Positions 37,382 through 47,905 of a stretch of DNA of 64,000 nt are shown one piece after another. The first letter of the stretch is position 1. Each line of letters starts with the position of its first letter. The notes under the pieces were generated by a model. It did not search any database. It saw only the letters and a program-made list of their open reading frames with translations, and was not told where the DNA came from. The translations under genes were made by a program, and so were the position numbers. This stretch comes from Candidatus Krumholzibacteriia bacterium (GTDB taxonomy: Bacteria; Krumholzibacteriota; Krumholzibacteriia; LZORAL124-64-63), in contig JAWOID010000103.1 of assembly GCA_046484865.1 (NCBI GenBank), positions 1 through 64,000 of the forward strand, given 5' to 3'.

Positions 37382-38392
37382 TCAGGAACCCGGGCAGGTG
37401 CGCCATGGCGCCCGGTACGTCCGGTCCAGGCCGCCCATGAGGACGCGGCGGAAGAACCCCTCCTGCGGCGGATTCGTCACGCGGCAGGCGTTCGGCAGGG
37501 TTTCCCGGGTCGCGACGAGGTCGGCGGTGCCGTTGATGAATCGGAAGAAGATGGTGTCCGTGGGGGCGACCTCGACCCGCGCGTGCCAGACGCGATCGCC
37601 GTCCGGGTCGGCCATGGGCGTGAGCGAAGGGTCGAAGTCGTTGAAGGACGCCGAGACGTGCACCCCTTCCGCCGCCACGGTCTGTTCGGTCATATCCACG
37701 TAGAGATCGAGCTGGCGGGTGGTGGGCTGCTGGAGCACGAACATCAGGCTGTCGCGACGCACCACCGCGAGCGCCGGGTCCTCGACCGCCAGGTGCACCC
37801 ATTGCGTGTCGGCGGAGGTCACCGGGAACACGATGCGCGGATTGCGCACGTCGGAGCGGATCGGACCCGCCTGCCAGCGGTACAGGAAGCGCGTGTACTG
37901 GTAATCCGCCTCGGGATCCAGTCCGCAGGTCTCCGCCGTCAGCGTCAGCTCGAGGGTGTCGCGCCCCGCGAGGATCGTGGAGCCCGCAGGCGGCGTGCTC
38001 ACGGGGAAGATGCTCAGGGTGTCGGCGAGCACCGTGATGAGGGTGTCGATCCGGGCCTCGTCGCCGTCGTCGTCACGCGCCACCGCCCGCACCCGGTAGG
38101 TATCGGGCTCCTGGAAGGTGTGATACACCTTGCTGCCCGTCGCCGTACCGCCGTCGCCGAAGTCCCAGACGATCTCGTACCACATGTTGGCGCCGGTGGG
38201 ATCGCTGCCTTCCTCGCCGCCCGAGGCGATGCCCAGGAACTCCACCTCGAACGGCGCCACCCCACAGCTGCCGCTCGTCGACAGGCGCGAGAAGTTCGGC
38301 CGGCTGTTGTCGTCGCTGCAACCGCTCACGAGGGCCAGGGCGGTCGAGACGATCAGCGCGAGCACCACCAGGGAAGGGACGATTCTTCTCAT
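37382..38392 (-). CDS. Lipoprotein with PKD domain(s) and a C-terminal CBM48/E-set-like domain
   Basis: LVSGC lipobox; WDFGDG..HTF..P.TY.V PKD motif; VDM..GVHVSASFNDF..PMADPDGD.VW. Confidence 0.75.
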   Translation of the reverse strand: MRRIVPSLVVLALIVSTALALVSGCSDDNSRPNFSRLSTSGSCGVAPFEVEFLGIASGGEEGSDPTGANMWYEIVWDFGDGGTATGSKVYHTFQEPDTYRVRAVARDDDGDEARIDTLITVLADTLSIFPVSTPPAGSTILAGRDTLELTLTAETCGLDPEADYQYTRFLYRWQAGPIRSDVRNPRIVFPVTSADTQWVHLAVEDPALAVVRRDSLMFVLQQPTTRQLDLYVDMTEQTVAAEGVHVSASFNDFDPSLTPMADPDGDRVWHARVEVAPTDTIFFRFINGTADLVATRETLPNACRVTNPPQEGFFRRVLMGGLDRTYRAPWRTCPGS

Positions 38393-38588
38393 GAGCGCTG
38401 TCCACTCCGTCAGGAGAATGGGTGGGCCGGATCCATGCGGCATGCGGGCCGGCGGCCCGGCCGGCCGCGGCTGCGAGGCCGAATCAATGTACAAAGCTAG
38501 GATCCGGCGGGCAAGGAGTCCAGGGGAAAGGCGCACACGCAACCGCCGCCGCTGCCGGGGGTTCGCTCCGCGGCGCGAGCGGGCGGGC

Positions 38589-39662
38589 TCAGCGGCGGGC
38601 GCGCAGGAACAGGACCATGCCCAGCACGGCGTAGGCGGCGTTCCCTGACCAGCCCGCCACCACCGGCGACAGCACGCCCTCGTGGCCCAGCGCCCGGCCG
38701 AAGTTCATGAACAGGTAGTAGCCGAAGCTGACCAGCAGCGTCCAGCCGAAGCCGCTGGCAACGGTGGTCTTGCGGGGACCGGAGGCCAGGATGGTCCCCA
38801 TGAAGACCACCAGGACGTTCACCAGCGGGAACGCGAGCAGGAACTGGACGTCCACCTCGCCCCGGGTGGCGTCGCCGCCGGTCTGCCGGACCAGCCGATT
38901 GTGGCGCAGGAGCTGGCGGATGTTCATGTCCTCGGGCTTCACCCGGTCCCGCGAGAGCACCTCCGGGCTGAGCGCCAGGTCGCTGACCGGCAGGCGCTCG
39001 AACCGGGAGATCGCCTCGCCGTCGCCGGAGAAACGGCGATGGCTCCCGTCGTGCAGCACCCAGTGGCTGCCCGTCCACTCGGCCCGGGCGGCGTCGATCC
39101 GCTCCACCACCTGGGCGTCCTGCATCGAGACCACCTTCAGGCCCGTCACCAGCTCGGCGTTCGGATCGTACCGCCGCGCGTAGTAGAACCGCTGGTCCGA
39201 GCCGAGGATCGCGATGTCCTGGGTGGGCCGCAGGCGGTCGGGACGGCCGTGGATCTCCACCTCCCAGATGTGATCCATCCGCACCACGGCCTCCGACAGG
39301 ACGTATTCGCGCCAGGCCAGGGAGAGCAGAGCCGCAGCCACGGAGACCAGCAGCAGCGGCCGCGCCACCTGCAGCAGGGAGTGGCCCGAGGAGAAGAGGG
39401 CCGTCAGCTCCAGGTACCTGGCCATGCCGCCGATGGCGAACAGCGTGGCCATGAGCATGGCGATGGGCAGCACCAGGTCGATCGTCCAGACCGCCCGGTA
39501 GGCGTAGTAGCGCAGCACCTGGGAGGCGGTGGCGTGGTTGTCGACGAAGCTGCCCACCCGCTCGAAGACGTCCACCAAGGTGAACAGCACCACGGCGCCC
39601 AGGATGGCGTAGCCCAGGTAGCGCATGAAGGTACCCAGCAGCAGCCGGTGAGCGATGCTCAT
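38589..39662 (-). CDS. lptG: LPS export permease LptG
   Basis: LPIAMLMA, ELTALFSSG, IDAARAEW, PEDM, C-terminal TMs; tandem with lptF. Confidence 0.88.
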   Translation of the reverse strand: MSIAHRLLLGTFMRYLGYAILGAVVLFTLVDVFERVGSFVDNHATASQVLRYYAYRAVWTIDLVLPIAMLMATLFAIGGMARYLELTALFSSGHSLLQVARPLLLVSVAAALLSLAWREYVLSEAVVRMDHIWEVEIHGRPDRLRPTQDIAILGSDQRFYYARRYDPNAELVTGLKVVSMQDAQVVERIDAARAEWTGSHWVLHDGSHRRFSGDGEAISRFERLPVSDLALSPEVLSRDRVKPEDMNIRQLLRHNRLVRQTGGDATRGEVDVQFLLAFPLVNVLVVFMGTILASGPRKTTVASGFGWTLLVSFGYYLFMNFGRALGHEGVLSPVVAGWSGNAAYAVLGMVLFLRARR

Positions 39663-41092
39663 GGAGCCGTGCTCCCGTGGGCCGCCGGCCGGCGCTCCCC
39701 GGCCGCCGGGCGGCGGCGCCCGCGCCGCAGCTGCGGCAACCGCAGCCAGGGACCCTCGCGCACGGTCTTGAGGAAGATCGGGATGCCCACGGCGGTGAGC
39801 AGCCCGTTGGCCGCCCACATGGCCAGCGCGGGATCCAGCTTGCCGCGGTCGGCGAACTTCTCTCCGCCGACCAGGAACAGGTAGTAGACGAGGTAGACGG
39901 CCAGCGCCAGGCTCACCGAGATGCCCTTGCCGCTGCGGGAGGTGCTCACGGCCATCGGCACCCCGAGCAGCACGAACACCACGCAGGCCACCGGGATGGC
40001 GAACTTCTTGTGGAATTCCACCAGGTAGCGGGCCTCGCGTACGGCGTAGCTGCGCTGGACCTTCTGCTGATAGCGCGTCTGGCTGGCGGCCAGTTCCACC
40101 TTCTGCTGGGTGGTGGCCAGGCGCGTGAGCCGGTACGCCTCGTTCTGACCCTGCCGCTCGCCGCGATCGGTGCCGATGAGCGGCCGGCGGGCCTCGGGGT
40201 CCAGCAGCTGCCAGTGGTAGCTGACGAGATCGTTGCCGAGGGCGGTCACGTGGCCGCCCACCTGCGCCTGCTTCATCCGCTCCCCGGCCGCGGCTTCCCA
40301 GAGGTCGATCAGGTTCATCTCGCGGTCGCCGCGGGCCTGACGGCCCGACTCGACCAGATCGCGCTCCATGTCCGTCAGCAGGATGTCGTGCCGCGCGAAG
40401 CGGATCACCTGGTACTTCTGCGGATTCTCCGGGTCGGGCACGTCGTGGATCTCGCCGTCGTACAGCTCGATCAGCATGGCGTCCTGGTCGTGGTCGGGCA
40501 CCACCAGGCCCCACTCGGCGATGGTGAGGCGCGGAAATGGGTCGCCGGGCTGCCGGCGCTCGAAGATGGTGACGTCCTCGATGCGCCCGGTGCGGTCGTC
40601 CTTCTCCTGCACGTAGATGGTCATGCTGGGCGACATCTCGGTGAACATCCGCTCGCGCACCTCGAGCATGGGCTTTTTCCGGTTGATGTCATGGAGCAGG
40701 TTCGCCAGAGTGTGGTTCGATTCCGGGAAGACGAAGTGGTTGTAGGCGGTCAACCCCACCATCACGACCGCCGCGCCCAGCAGCAGAGGCCGCAACACCG
40801 AGCCCAGGCCGATGCCGCTGGCCTTCATGGCCGTAATTTCATGATCAGCAGCGAGTTGGCCGATACCCATGAGGACGCCGATGAGAACCGCCATTGGCAC
40901 GGATAATGCGAATGTGTGTCCAAGGCTCAGAGCCAGGACCTTGGTGGCGACTCCGAACGGGACACCCTTGCTGACGAACAGATCGACGTACTTGTACAGG
41001 ACGTCGATCATGAACAGGAACGTGATCACGAAGAACCCGAAGGCGAAGGGCCCCACGGCTGCCCGCAGCAAGTGCTTGTAGATCAGGTACAT
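39659..41092 (-). CDS. lptF: LPS export permease LptF with a helical insertion
   Basis: PMAVLIG, EITAMKASGI, VEFHKKFAIP, AMWAAN. Confidence 0.9.
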   Translation of the reverse strand: MYLIYKHLLRAAVGPFAFGFFVITFLFMIDVLYKYVDLFVSKGVPFGVATKVLALSLGHTFALSVPMAVLIGVLMGIGQLAADHEITAMKASGIGLGSVLRPLLLGAAVVMVGLTAYNHFVFPESNHTLANLLHDINRKKPMLEVRERMFTEMSPSMTIYVQEKDDRTGRIEDVTIFERRQPGDPFPRLTIAEWGLVVPDHDQDAMLIELYDGEIHDVPDPENPQKYQVIRFARHDILLTDMERDLVESGRQARGDREMNLIDLWEAAAGERMKQAQVGGHVTALGNDLVSYHWQLLDPEARRPLIGTDRGERQGQNEAYRLTRLATTQQKVELAASQTRYQQKVQRSYAVREARYLVEFHKKFAIPVACVVFVLLGVPMAVSTSRSGKGISVSLALAVYLVYYLFLVGGEKFADRGKLDPALAMWAANGLLTAVGIPIFLKTVREGPWLRLPQLRRGRRRPAAGERRPAAHGSTAP

Positions 41093-41449
41093 GTTGTTCT
41101 CCGGGCCGACCCTGCGTCGACTCTCGGGTATGTCTTCCGCGTCCGGCCTGCGCCGCCTCTGGAGGCGGCGCGCACCGTTCCGCCGAACCTCGGTCCCCCG
41201 GCGACCATGAGTGAACGGCGCCCGCGACCGGCCGGCGCGATGGCAGGCACCGCTCCTCGAGATCGACCAGTCTCGGGGCCAGCCTGACCCCTTTCGGAGA
41301 CGTGCCTGCCGCGGCCGGCGGCGGCTCCAGCGACCGCAGTGTAGCGCAACGACAAGGAGTGTCGAGGATTGAGGACCGGAGCCAGCCGCGTCCTCCGTCT
41401 TGCGTGCCGGCGGGAACCGGGGCGCCACCTCGCTGTTCCCGGCTTCGAC

Positions 41450-44400
41450 ATGACATCCCGCCGCGCCGGGCCGCGCTTCCTGCCCACCGTCATCCTCGTG
41501 CTCCTCGTGCTGGGCCCCGTCGCGGCCGCGGCCGACCCGGCGTACGGTCCGCCGCTGCCGGGCTTCGATCCGGTGATCCGTGCCACCCGGGACCCCCGCC
41601 TGCTCGGCGTCGAGCGCCTGTATCTGCGGGAGCAGCTGATGCGCCAGGGAGTGGAGCCGCTGCGCTGGGCCGGAGGCCCCAGCCTGTTCACCACCTTCCG
41701 GCATCAGATGCGCCAGCGCAGCGGCGTGGACCTGGAGCGGACGGTGGAGCTTCTGGAGGTGAACGGCGCCCTGGGGCTGCGAACCGTTTTCCGTTACCCG
41801 GAATACTTCTTCCTCGTCCAGGTTCCCGAAACCCTGCCCGGAGGCTTCGTCTACTACCCGCCGCGGGCGGTCACCGATCCCGATGTGGATCTCTTCGTGG
41901 ACAGCGTGGAGGCGGGCAGCCGGCGCTCGTACGAACTGATGCAGCTCGCGGCGCGCCTCGATGCTCTGGACGTGGCTGGAGGCGGCCGGCGCACCGGCGG
42001 CGAGGACGGCCTGCTCAACCTGACCATCCCGGTGAAGCTGCCCCGCACGCTCGAGAGCATCATCGGCCGGGGCGAGAAGACCCGCATCAAGATCACCGGG
42101 CGCGAACGCATCTCGATCAGCGGCGAGAGCAGCGTCAGCAACAAGTTCACGCCCTCGGAGCGGGTCCAGAGCCAGTCGCTGTTCCCCACCCTGGACATGG
42201 AGCAGGAGCTGCAGATCAGCCTCTCCGGCCAGATCGGCGAGAAGATCTTCATCGAGGTGGACCACAACAGCGAGATCATCGGCCCCGACGCCACCAAGAT
42301 CCGCCTCTACTACCGCGGCACCGAGGACGACATCATCCAGAGCATCGAGACCGGCGACGTCGGCCTCACGCTGCCCGGCAGCAACCTCCTGGGCTACAGT
42401 TCGAGCAAGAGCGGCCTGTTCGGCGTGAAGGTCACCGGCAAGATGGGGCCCGCCGACTTCACGGTGGTGGCCAGCAAGCAGAAGGCCGAGACGTCCTCCA
42501 AGAGCTTCAACGCCCAGGGCGGCCAGGAGACCGAGCACGTCATCGAGAGCTGGAACTACCTCAACAACCGCTTCTTCCGGCTGGATCTGCCACGATTCCC
42601 GAGCGGCCAGCCGCTGTTCGACTTCTGGTGGCAGCCGGACAGCCCCGGCCGCCGTTTCGACCCCACCAACCCCGACCTCCCCCAGAACGAGTGGATCGAC
42701 GCTTCGTCCATCAAGCTGTTCCGCTTCGCGGGCGGCGGGCAGCCCCAGCCCGGCGACGTGCAGTACGTGGCCGCCGTCATCGACACCACCGGGCGCTGGG
42801 ACGAGAACGGCCAGATCACCGCCATCTCGGGCACGCAGCCCGCGAATACGGACGCCTGGGACGTCTACGGACAGCGCTGGACCGAGATCCCCGCCGGCTC
42901 GTTCACGGTGATGCGCGACGTCGACGACCGGGTCGTCGCCCTCGACGTGGGCCGCCAGCTGGCGCGCGACGAGATCCTGGCCGTGAGCTACCGGGTGGTG
43001 CGCGACCGTGCCGACCCTGCGAACTCGGTCGTGTACGAGGTGGGCGATCGGCCGAGCCTGCCCGACAACGAGCGCCAGCTGGTGATCGACGGCCAGCGTT
43101 ACCTGCGTCTGAAGCTGCTCAAGCCGCGGATCCTCGATCCGTACACCTATCAGTACGTCCTGCGGAACATCTACTCGCTGGGCGGGGCGAACATCGACGC
43201 GGAGTCCTTCGACCTGCGCATCGAGCGCAGCACGGCGACCCAGGACGAGCTGCGGGATTCCGAGCTCCAGGGCGAGGGCGAGAACGAGACGAGCTATCCG
43301 TTCATCCGGATCTTCGGGCTCGATCGCACCAATCCCCAGGGAGACCGGGAGCCGGACGGACTCGTGGACAAGAATGACGGCTCCATCTTCGACCTCCGGC
43401 GGGGACTGCTGAAGTTCCCGGAGGACTTTCCGTTTCCGTTCGCGGCCGACCCGGCCTTCTACGAGTTCTTCGCCGGCGGTTCCTGGAGTTTCGAGGAGTC
43501 ATACCTGGCGGAGAATCTGACCCCCGAGATCTACGACTGGACGACCAACGTCGCGGATTACAGCAACCACGGTACGTTCCGCATCGTCTCCACCCATGCG
43601 GCGGCGTCCAGTTCCTTCAATCTGGGCGTCTCCAACATCGAGGAGGGCTCGGAGTCGGTCACCCTCGACGGGCGCACCCTGGCGCGTGACACCGACTACC
43701 GCATCGACTATCTCACGGGCGAGATCGAGCTGCTCGGCGACGCCGCGAACCTCACCCCCGACAGCCAGCTGCGGGTGAATTACCAGTACGCACCGTTCCT
43801 CGGCGGCGGCAAGAGCAGCCTGATGGGCTTCAACCTGAGCTACTCCCTGGGCCGCGACAGTCGGCTGAACACCACCTGGCTCTACCGGACCGAGAGCATC
43901 GTGGGGGAGAAGGCGAAGCTGGGCGAGGAACCCAGCAAGATGCTGGTGGGCAGCACCAACCTGGCGCACCAGATGCGACTCGGCTTCCTCACCGACGTGG
44001 CCAACGTCCTCAGCCGGGTCTCCAGCGAGAAGGAGAGCACGCTCGGTCTCAACGCCGAGGTGGCGGTGAGCATCCCCGATCCCAATACCCGCGACGAGGT
44101 CTACCTGGAGGATTTCGAGGGGATCGACGCCTCCGACAACATCACGCTCTCGCGGGCCGGCTGGATGTGGGCGAGCGCTCCGGTGGGAGAGTTCGCCCGT
44201 GCTCCGCAGGATCGCGTGGAGACCGTGGCCTGGTACCTGCCCAAGGACGGCGTGCTGCGCCGCTACCTGAACCCCACACTGCGCGACCAGGAGCGCACCG
44301 AGCGGCAGCCGGCCCTGGAGATCTACATGCGGGAGTCTGGGGGCTGGAGCGCCGGGTCGTGGGGCGGCATCATGCGCGGCCTCTCCAGCGCCGGTATCGA

Positions 44401-47400
44401 CCTCTCGCGGAGCCAGTTCCTGGAGTTCTGGGTGAACGACGCGCAGCCCCAGCCGGAACTGCGTCGCGGCAAGCTGCACATCGACTTCGGGTACATCAGC
44501 GAGGACTTCTGGTGGGACGTGGCGGGCAATTTCGAACTGGGCACCTTCCAGCGAGAGGACATCAACGGCGACGGCATCTTCTTCATCAGCGACGACGACG
44601 ACAACGAGGACATCGGACTCGACCGCGTGCGCAACAACGAGACGTTCAGCGCGGAATACAACGAGGAACTGAACTACTTCGACCACATCAACGTGACCGA
44701 GGGCAACAACCGGGAGGACAGCGAGGATCTCAACGGCAACACCATCCTCGACCTCGACAACGGCTACTTCTCGGTCGTGGTCGATCTGCGGGAGACCGAG
44801 CCGCTGGTGGACGTGGTGCGGGACTACGAGGACACGGGCGACCTGGCCGGTACCTCCTGGCGCAAGTACCGGGTGCCTCTCAGCGGCCTCACCGAGGTGG
44901 CGGAGAGCCTGCCGCCGGAGATCCGCAACGTCACGCACATCCGCATCTGGTACGAGCCCGAGGGCGCCGGCGCCGCCGAGGTCGTGCGCCTGCAACTGTC
45001 GGAACTGAAATTCCTGGGCAGCCGCTGGCAGCGTGACGGCATCCGGAAGCAGGGGACCGAGCAGCTGCTGGCGCCGGCGGAGCTGGGGCCGGGCGAGGGG
45101 TTCTTCCTGGGGGAGGTCAACAACAAGGAGAACCCCGACTACCATCCGCCTTTCGCGGTGCACGAGGAGAACCGGATCCCGGAGAAGGAGCAGTCGCTGG
45201 TCCTGGACTTCCAGAACCTCGAGCCCGAACACGTGGTGCGGACCAGCAAGCTCGTCTCGCCCCGCGGCGACGACTACACGCGCTACGAACGGCTGAGCTG
45301 GTACTGGTACAACCCCAGCCACGAGCAGGCGGACGTGGAGCTGTTCTTCCGCGTCGGTCTCGACACGCTCAACTACTACGAGGTGGCCTACCGCTTCGCC
45401 GAACGGTCGCCCAAGGACGGCTGGAACTACTACAGCATCCATCTGGCCGATCTGACCAACGTCAAGAACCTGCCGCCGGACCCGGACACGGGGATCATCG
45501 AGGGGACGGTGCCTCACACGGAGACGGGCGTGCCGCTGCGGGTGCGCGTCGTGGGACAGCCCGACCTGCGCACGGTCAGGCGCTACTACTTCGGCGTGCG
45601 CAACCCGCTGCAGCGGTCGATCAGCGGCTACTTCTACTTCAACGACGTCAAGCTGCTGGAGGTGAAGCGGGACAAGGGACTGGCCCAGAGCGCCAGCGTG
45701 CGTCTCGACATGGCCGACGTCATCAAGCTGGACTTCGACTGGCAGCGGCGCGACGCGGAGTTCCACGGACTCGACCGCGACGTGGGGCAGGGGATCCTCA
45801 GCGAGGACTGGAGCCTGGCCGCGCGCTTCCGGATGAACGACTTCGTGCCCCTGCTGGGCTTCCAGCTGCCGGTGAACCTCACCCGGCGGCAGAGCGTGCA
45901 ACGACCGAAGTACGAGACCAACAGCGACGTCGAGATCCAGGACGAGGCCGTCCGCAACGCCGAATCGACGGTGGAGGAACGCGAGGGGTTCTCCACCCAG
46001 CTCAGGCATCGGCCCACGCAGTTCTTCCTCACGCGCTACCTGGTGGACCCCTGGGTGTTCAGCCTCAGCGGGTCGCGCTCCTTGCGCAACAGCCCGCAGG
46101 AGCGGCGGAAGGGCAAGACGCTGCAAGGGTCGGCCGGCTATGACCTCAGCCTGCCCGGCGTGACCGACCTGAGCGGCGTGCCGCTGCTGGGTTCGTTGCC
46201 GCTGATCAAGGGCGTCTCGCTGCTGCCGAACAAGATCAGCTTCGGCGGTTCCTTCAACCACAGCGAGAACTTCGCCGCCAGTGTCAACCGCGACGGCAGC
46301 GTCGTCGAGCGGCCCGCGACCGGGAACAGCCGCACCAGCTTCAACGGCGCCTTCGACTACGCGCCTCTGAAGATCGCCACGATCAGCTTCCAGGGCCGCT
46401 CCGAGCGCGATCGCCTGCGCCCGTACGAGGTGGCGGGCGTGAACATCGGCAAGGAGATCCGGTACACCCAGGACCTGCGCATCGACTTCATCGTTCCGAA
46501 GTCCACGCTCTTCGGCGAGAGCCGCCTGCTGGCGCCGTTGCGCACGGCGTCCCGGTTCATGACGGAACTGAAGCCGTCGATCTCGTTCCGCGGCGGCTAC
46601 GTGGATAATCGCGACCCCAGCCTCCGGCAGGGCAACGATCCCGAGGGGGTGCACAGCGTCACCAACAGCGGCAGCTGGGAATTCCGGGCGCGCGTGCCGC
46701 TGGGCGACACGTTCCAGAGGATCTTCCCGGAGCGGAAGCGCTCGGCGGAAGAGGAGCAGCGCCTGATCGAGCGCCAGCGACGCGTCCAGATGCGGGGCCG
46801 CGGCCAGGCCGCGCAGGAGGCGGAGACCGATCCGGACGATCCGAATCTCACGCCGGAGGAGCGACTGGAACGCGAGCGCCGGCGTCTGCTGGAGCAGGCT
46901 GCGCTCGCCGAGGAGGAGGAGCGTCGCGGCGAGGCCCCGCCCGAAGAGGCGGAAGGCGGCGGCCCCTCGCTCGCCACCGTCGTGGACCCGGTGCTCGGGG
47001 CGCTGCGGGGTCTGGGCAGCGTCCAGGTGAGCTACAGCACCGGCACGCAGACGTCGTTCGGCCGCCTGCGGACCGATGCGCCGTTCTGGTACCGGCTGGG
47101 CGTCGCGGACGACCTCGGCGACGTCCCGGACAGCCTGTACGTCACCAGCCGCGCGAACCACAACCAGCAGCTCAGCGCGTCCACCAACGCCAAGCTCAGC
47201 CGCACCGTGGCGCTGGACGTCAAGTACGCCGTCACCCACGGCCGGAACGAGGCGTCCAGCGATTTCAACCGCTCCTACATGCAGGACTGGCCGGACCTGC
47301 GGCTGGCGATGACCGGTCTGGAGAAGTGGGGCATCTTCGGTTCGGACGACGACGGCCGCGACGGCTGGTTCTCCTCCTCCAGCCTGGACGTCTCCTACAA

Positions 47401-47905
47401 GAAGTCGTTGTCGGTGCTGAACTTCACCGACAGCAGCCACGACCCCCGGACCAGTGTGCTCCTGAGCCCGCGCTGGAACGTCACCCTGCAGAGCGGTCTC
47501 AACGTGAGCCTCTCGGGCAGCTGGAACAGCGATCGGACGCACAACTACGCCACGGTCACCGAGACCGACCGCACCCGGCTGGGCCTGCAGGTCCGCCACT
47601 CCTTCGAGGCGGAACGGCTGCTGGCCAAGCTCGGGCTGTACCGGCCCGGCAACCGACCGAACATCAACCTGGACGTGGACCTGAGCTACACCACCAGCGG
47701 CTCGCGGCGGTTGCGGCCGGGCTCGCCCCTGCCCAGCACCGAGACCGGCCAGACCCGCTGGCAGTTCACGCCCCGCTTCAGCTACACCGTGACCCGCAAC
47801 CTCTCCGGTGCTCTCTTCTTCTCGTACAGCCGCAGCCGGGTCATCGAGACCGATCTGGTGACCCAGAGCTTCGGCCTCGGCATGGAGGCGACGTTTGTCT
47901 TCTGA
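41450..47905 (+). CDS. sprA: SprA/Sov-like giant outer-membrane beta-barrel (T9SS translocon family)
   Basis: ~2150 aa; signal peptide; GTEDDIIQSIETGDV.L.LPG..GLFGVK, LRNIYSLG, DY.IDY..G, DFEG, WGGIMR, EDLNGN, KEQSL; C-terminal beta signal ATFVF. Confidence 0.85.
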   Translation: MTSRRAGPRFLPTVILVLLVLGPVAAAADPAYGPPLPGFDPVIRATRDPRLLGVERLYLREQLMRQGVEPLRWAGGPSLFTTFRHQMRQRSGVDLERTVELLEVNGALGLRTVFRYPEYFFLVQVPETLPGGFVYYPPRAVTDPDVDLFVDSVEAGSRRSYELMQLAARLDALDVAGGGRRTGGEDGLLNLTIPVKLPRTLESIIGRGEKTRIKITGRERISISGESSVSNKFTPSERVQSQSLFPTLDMEQELQISLSGQIGEKIFIEVDHNSEIIGPDATKIRLYYRGTEDDIIQSIETGDVGLTLPGSNLLGYSSSKSGLFGVKVTGKMGPADFTVVASKQKAETSSKSFNAQGGQETEHVIESWNYLNNRFFRLDLPRFPSGQPLFDFWWQPDSPGRRFDPTNPDLPQNEWIDASSIKLFRFAGGGQPQPGDVQYVAAVIDTTGRWDENGQITAISGTQPANTDAWDVYGQRWTEIPAGSFTVMRDVDDRVVALDVGRQLARDEILAVSYRVVRDRADPANSVVYEVGDRPSLPDNERQLVIDGQRYLRLKLLKPRILDPYTYQYVLRNIYSLGGANIDAESFDLRIERSTATQDELRDSELQGEGENETSYPFIRIFGLDRTNPQGDREPDGLVDKNDGSIFDLRRGLLKFPEDFPFPFAADPAFYEFFAGGSWSFEESYLAENLTPEIYDWTTNVADYSNHGTFRIVSTHAAASSSFNLGVSNIEEGSESVTLDGRTLARDTDYRIDYLTGEIELLGDAANLTPDSQLRVNYQYAPFLGGGKSSLMGFNLSYSLGRDSRLNTTWLYRTESIVGEKAKLGEEPSKMLVGSTNLAHQMRLGFLTDVANVLSRVSSEKESTLGLNAEVAVSIPDPNTRDEVYLEDFEGIDASDNITLSRAGWMWASAPVGEFARAPQDRVETVAWYLPKDGVLRRYLNPTLRDQERTERQPALEIYMRESGGWSAGSWGGIMRGLSSAGIDLSRSQFLEFWVNDAQPQPELRRGKLHIDFGYISEDFWWDVAGNFELGTFQREDINGDGIFFISDDDDNEDIGLDRVRNNETFSAEYNEELNYFDHINVTEGNNREDSEDLNGNTILDLDNGYFSVVVDLRETEPLVDVVRDYEDTGDLAGTSWRKYRVPLSGLTEVAESLPPEIRNVTHIRIWYEPEGAGAAEVVRLQLSELKFLGSRWQRDGIRKQGTEQLLAPAELGPGEGFFLGEVNNKENPDYHPPFAVHEENRIPEKEQSLVLDFQNLEPEHVVRTSKLVSPRGDDYTRYERLSWYWYNPSHEQADVELFFRVGLDTLNYYEVAYRFAERSPKDGWNYYSIHLADLTNVKNLPPDPDTGIIEGTVPHTETGVPLRVRVVGQPDLRTVRRYYFGVRNPLQRSISGYFYFNDVKLLEVKRDKGLAQSASVRLDMADVIKLDFDWQRRDAEFHGLDRDVGQGILSEDWSLAARFRMNDFVPLLGFQLPVNLTRRQSVQRPKYETNSDVEIQDEAVRNAESTVEEREGFSTQLRHRPTQFFLTRYLVDPWVFSLSGSRSLRNSPQERRKGKTLQGSAGYDLSLPGVTDLSGVPLLGSLPLIKGVSLLPNKISFGGSFNHSENFAASVNRDGSVVERPATGNSRTSFNGAFDYAPLKIATISFQGRSERDRLRPYEVAGVNIGKEIRYTQDLRIDFIVPKSTLFGESRLLAPLRTASRFMTELKPSISFRGGYVDNRDPSLRQGNDPEGVHSVTNSGSWEFRARVPLGDTFQRIFPERKRSAEEEQRLIERQRRVQMRGRGQAAQEAETDPDDPNLTPEERLERERRRLLEQAALAEEEERRGEAPPEEAEGGGPSLATVVDPVLGALRGLGSVQVSYSTGTQTSFGRLRTDAPFWYRLGVADDLGDVPDSLYVTSRANHNQQLSASTNAKLSRTVALDVKYAVTHGRNEASSDFNRSYMQDWPDLRLAMTGLEKWGIFGSDDDGRDGWFSSSSLDVSYKKSLSVLNFTDSSHDPRTSVLLSPRWNVTLQSGLNVSLSGSWNSDRTHNYATVTETDRTRLGLQVRHSFEAERLLAKLGLYRPGNRPNINLDVDLSYTTSGSRRLRPGSPLPSTETGQTRWQFTPRFSYTVTRNLSGALFFSYSRSRVIETDLVTQSFGLGMEATFVF

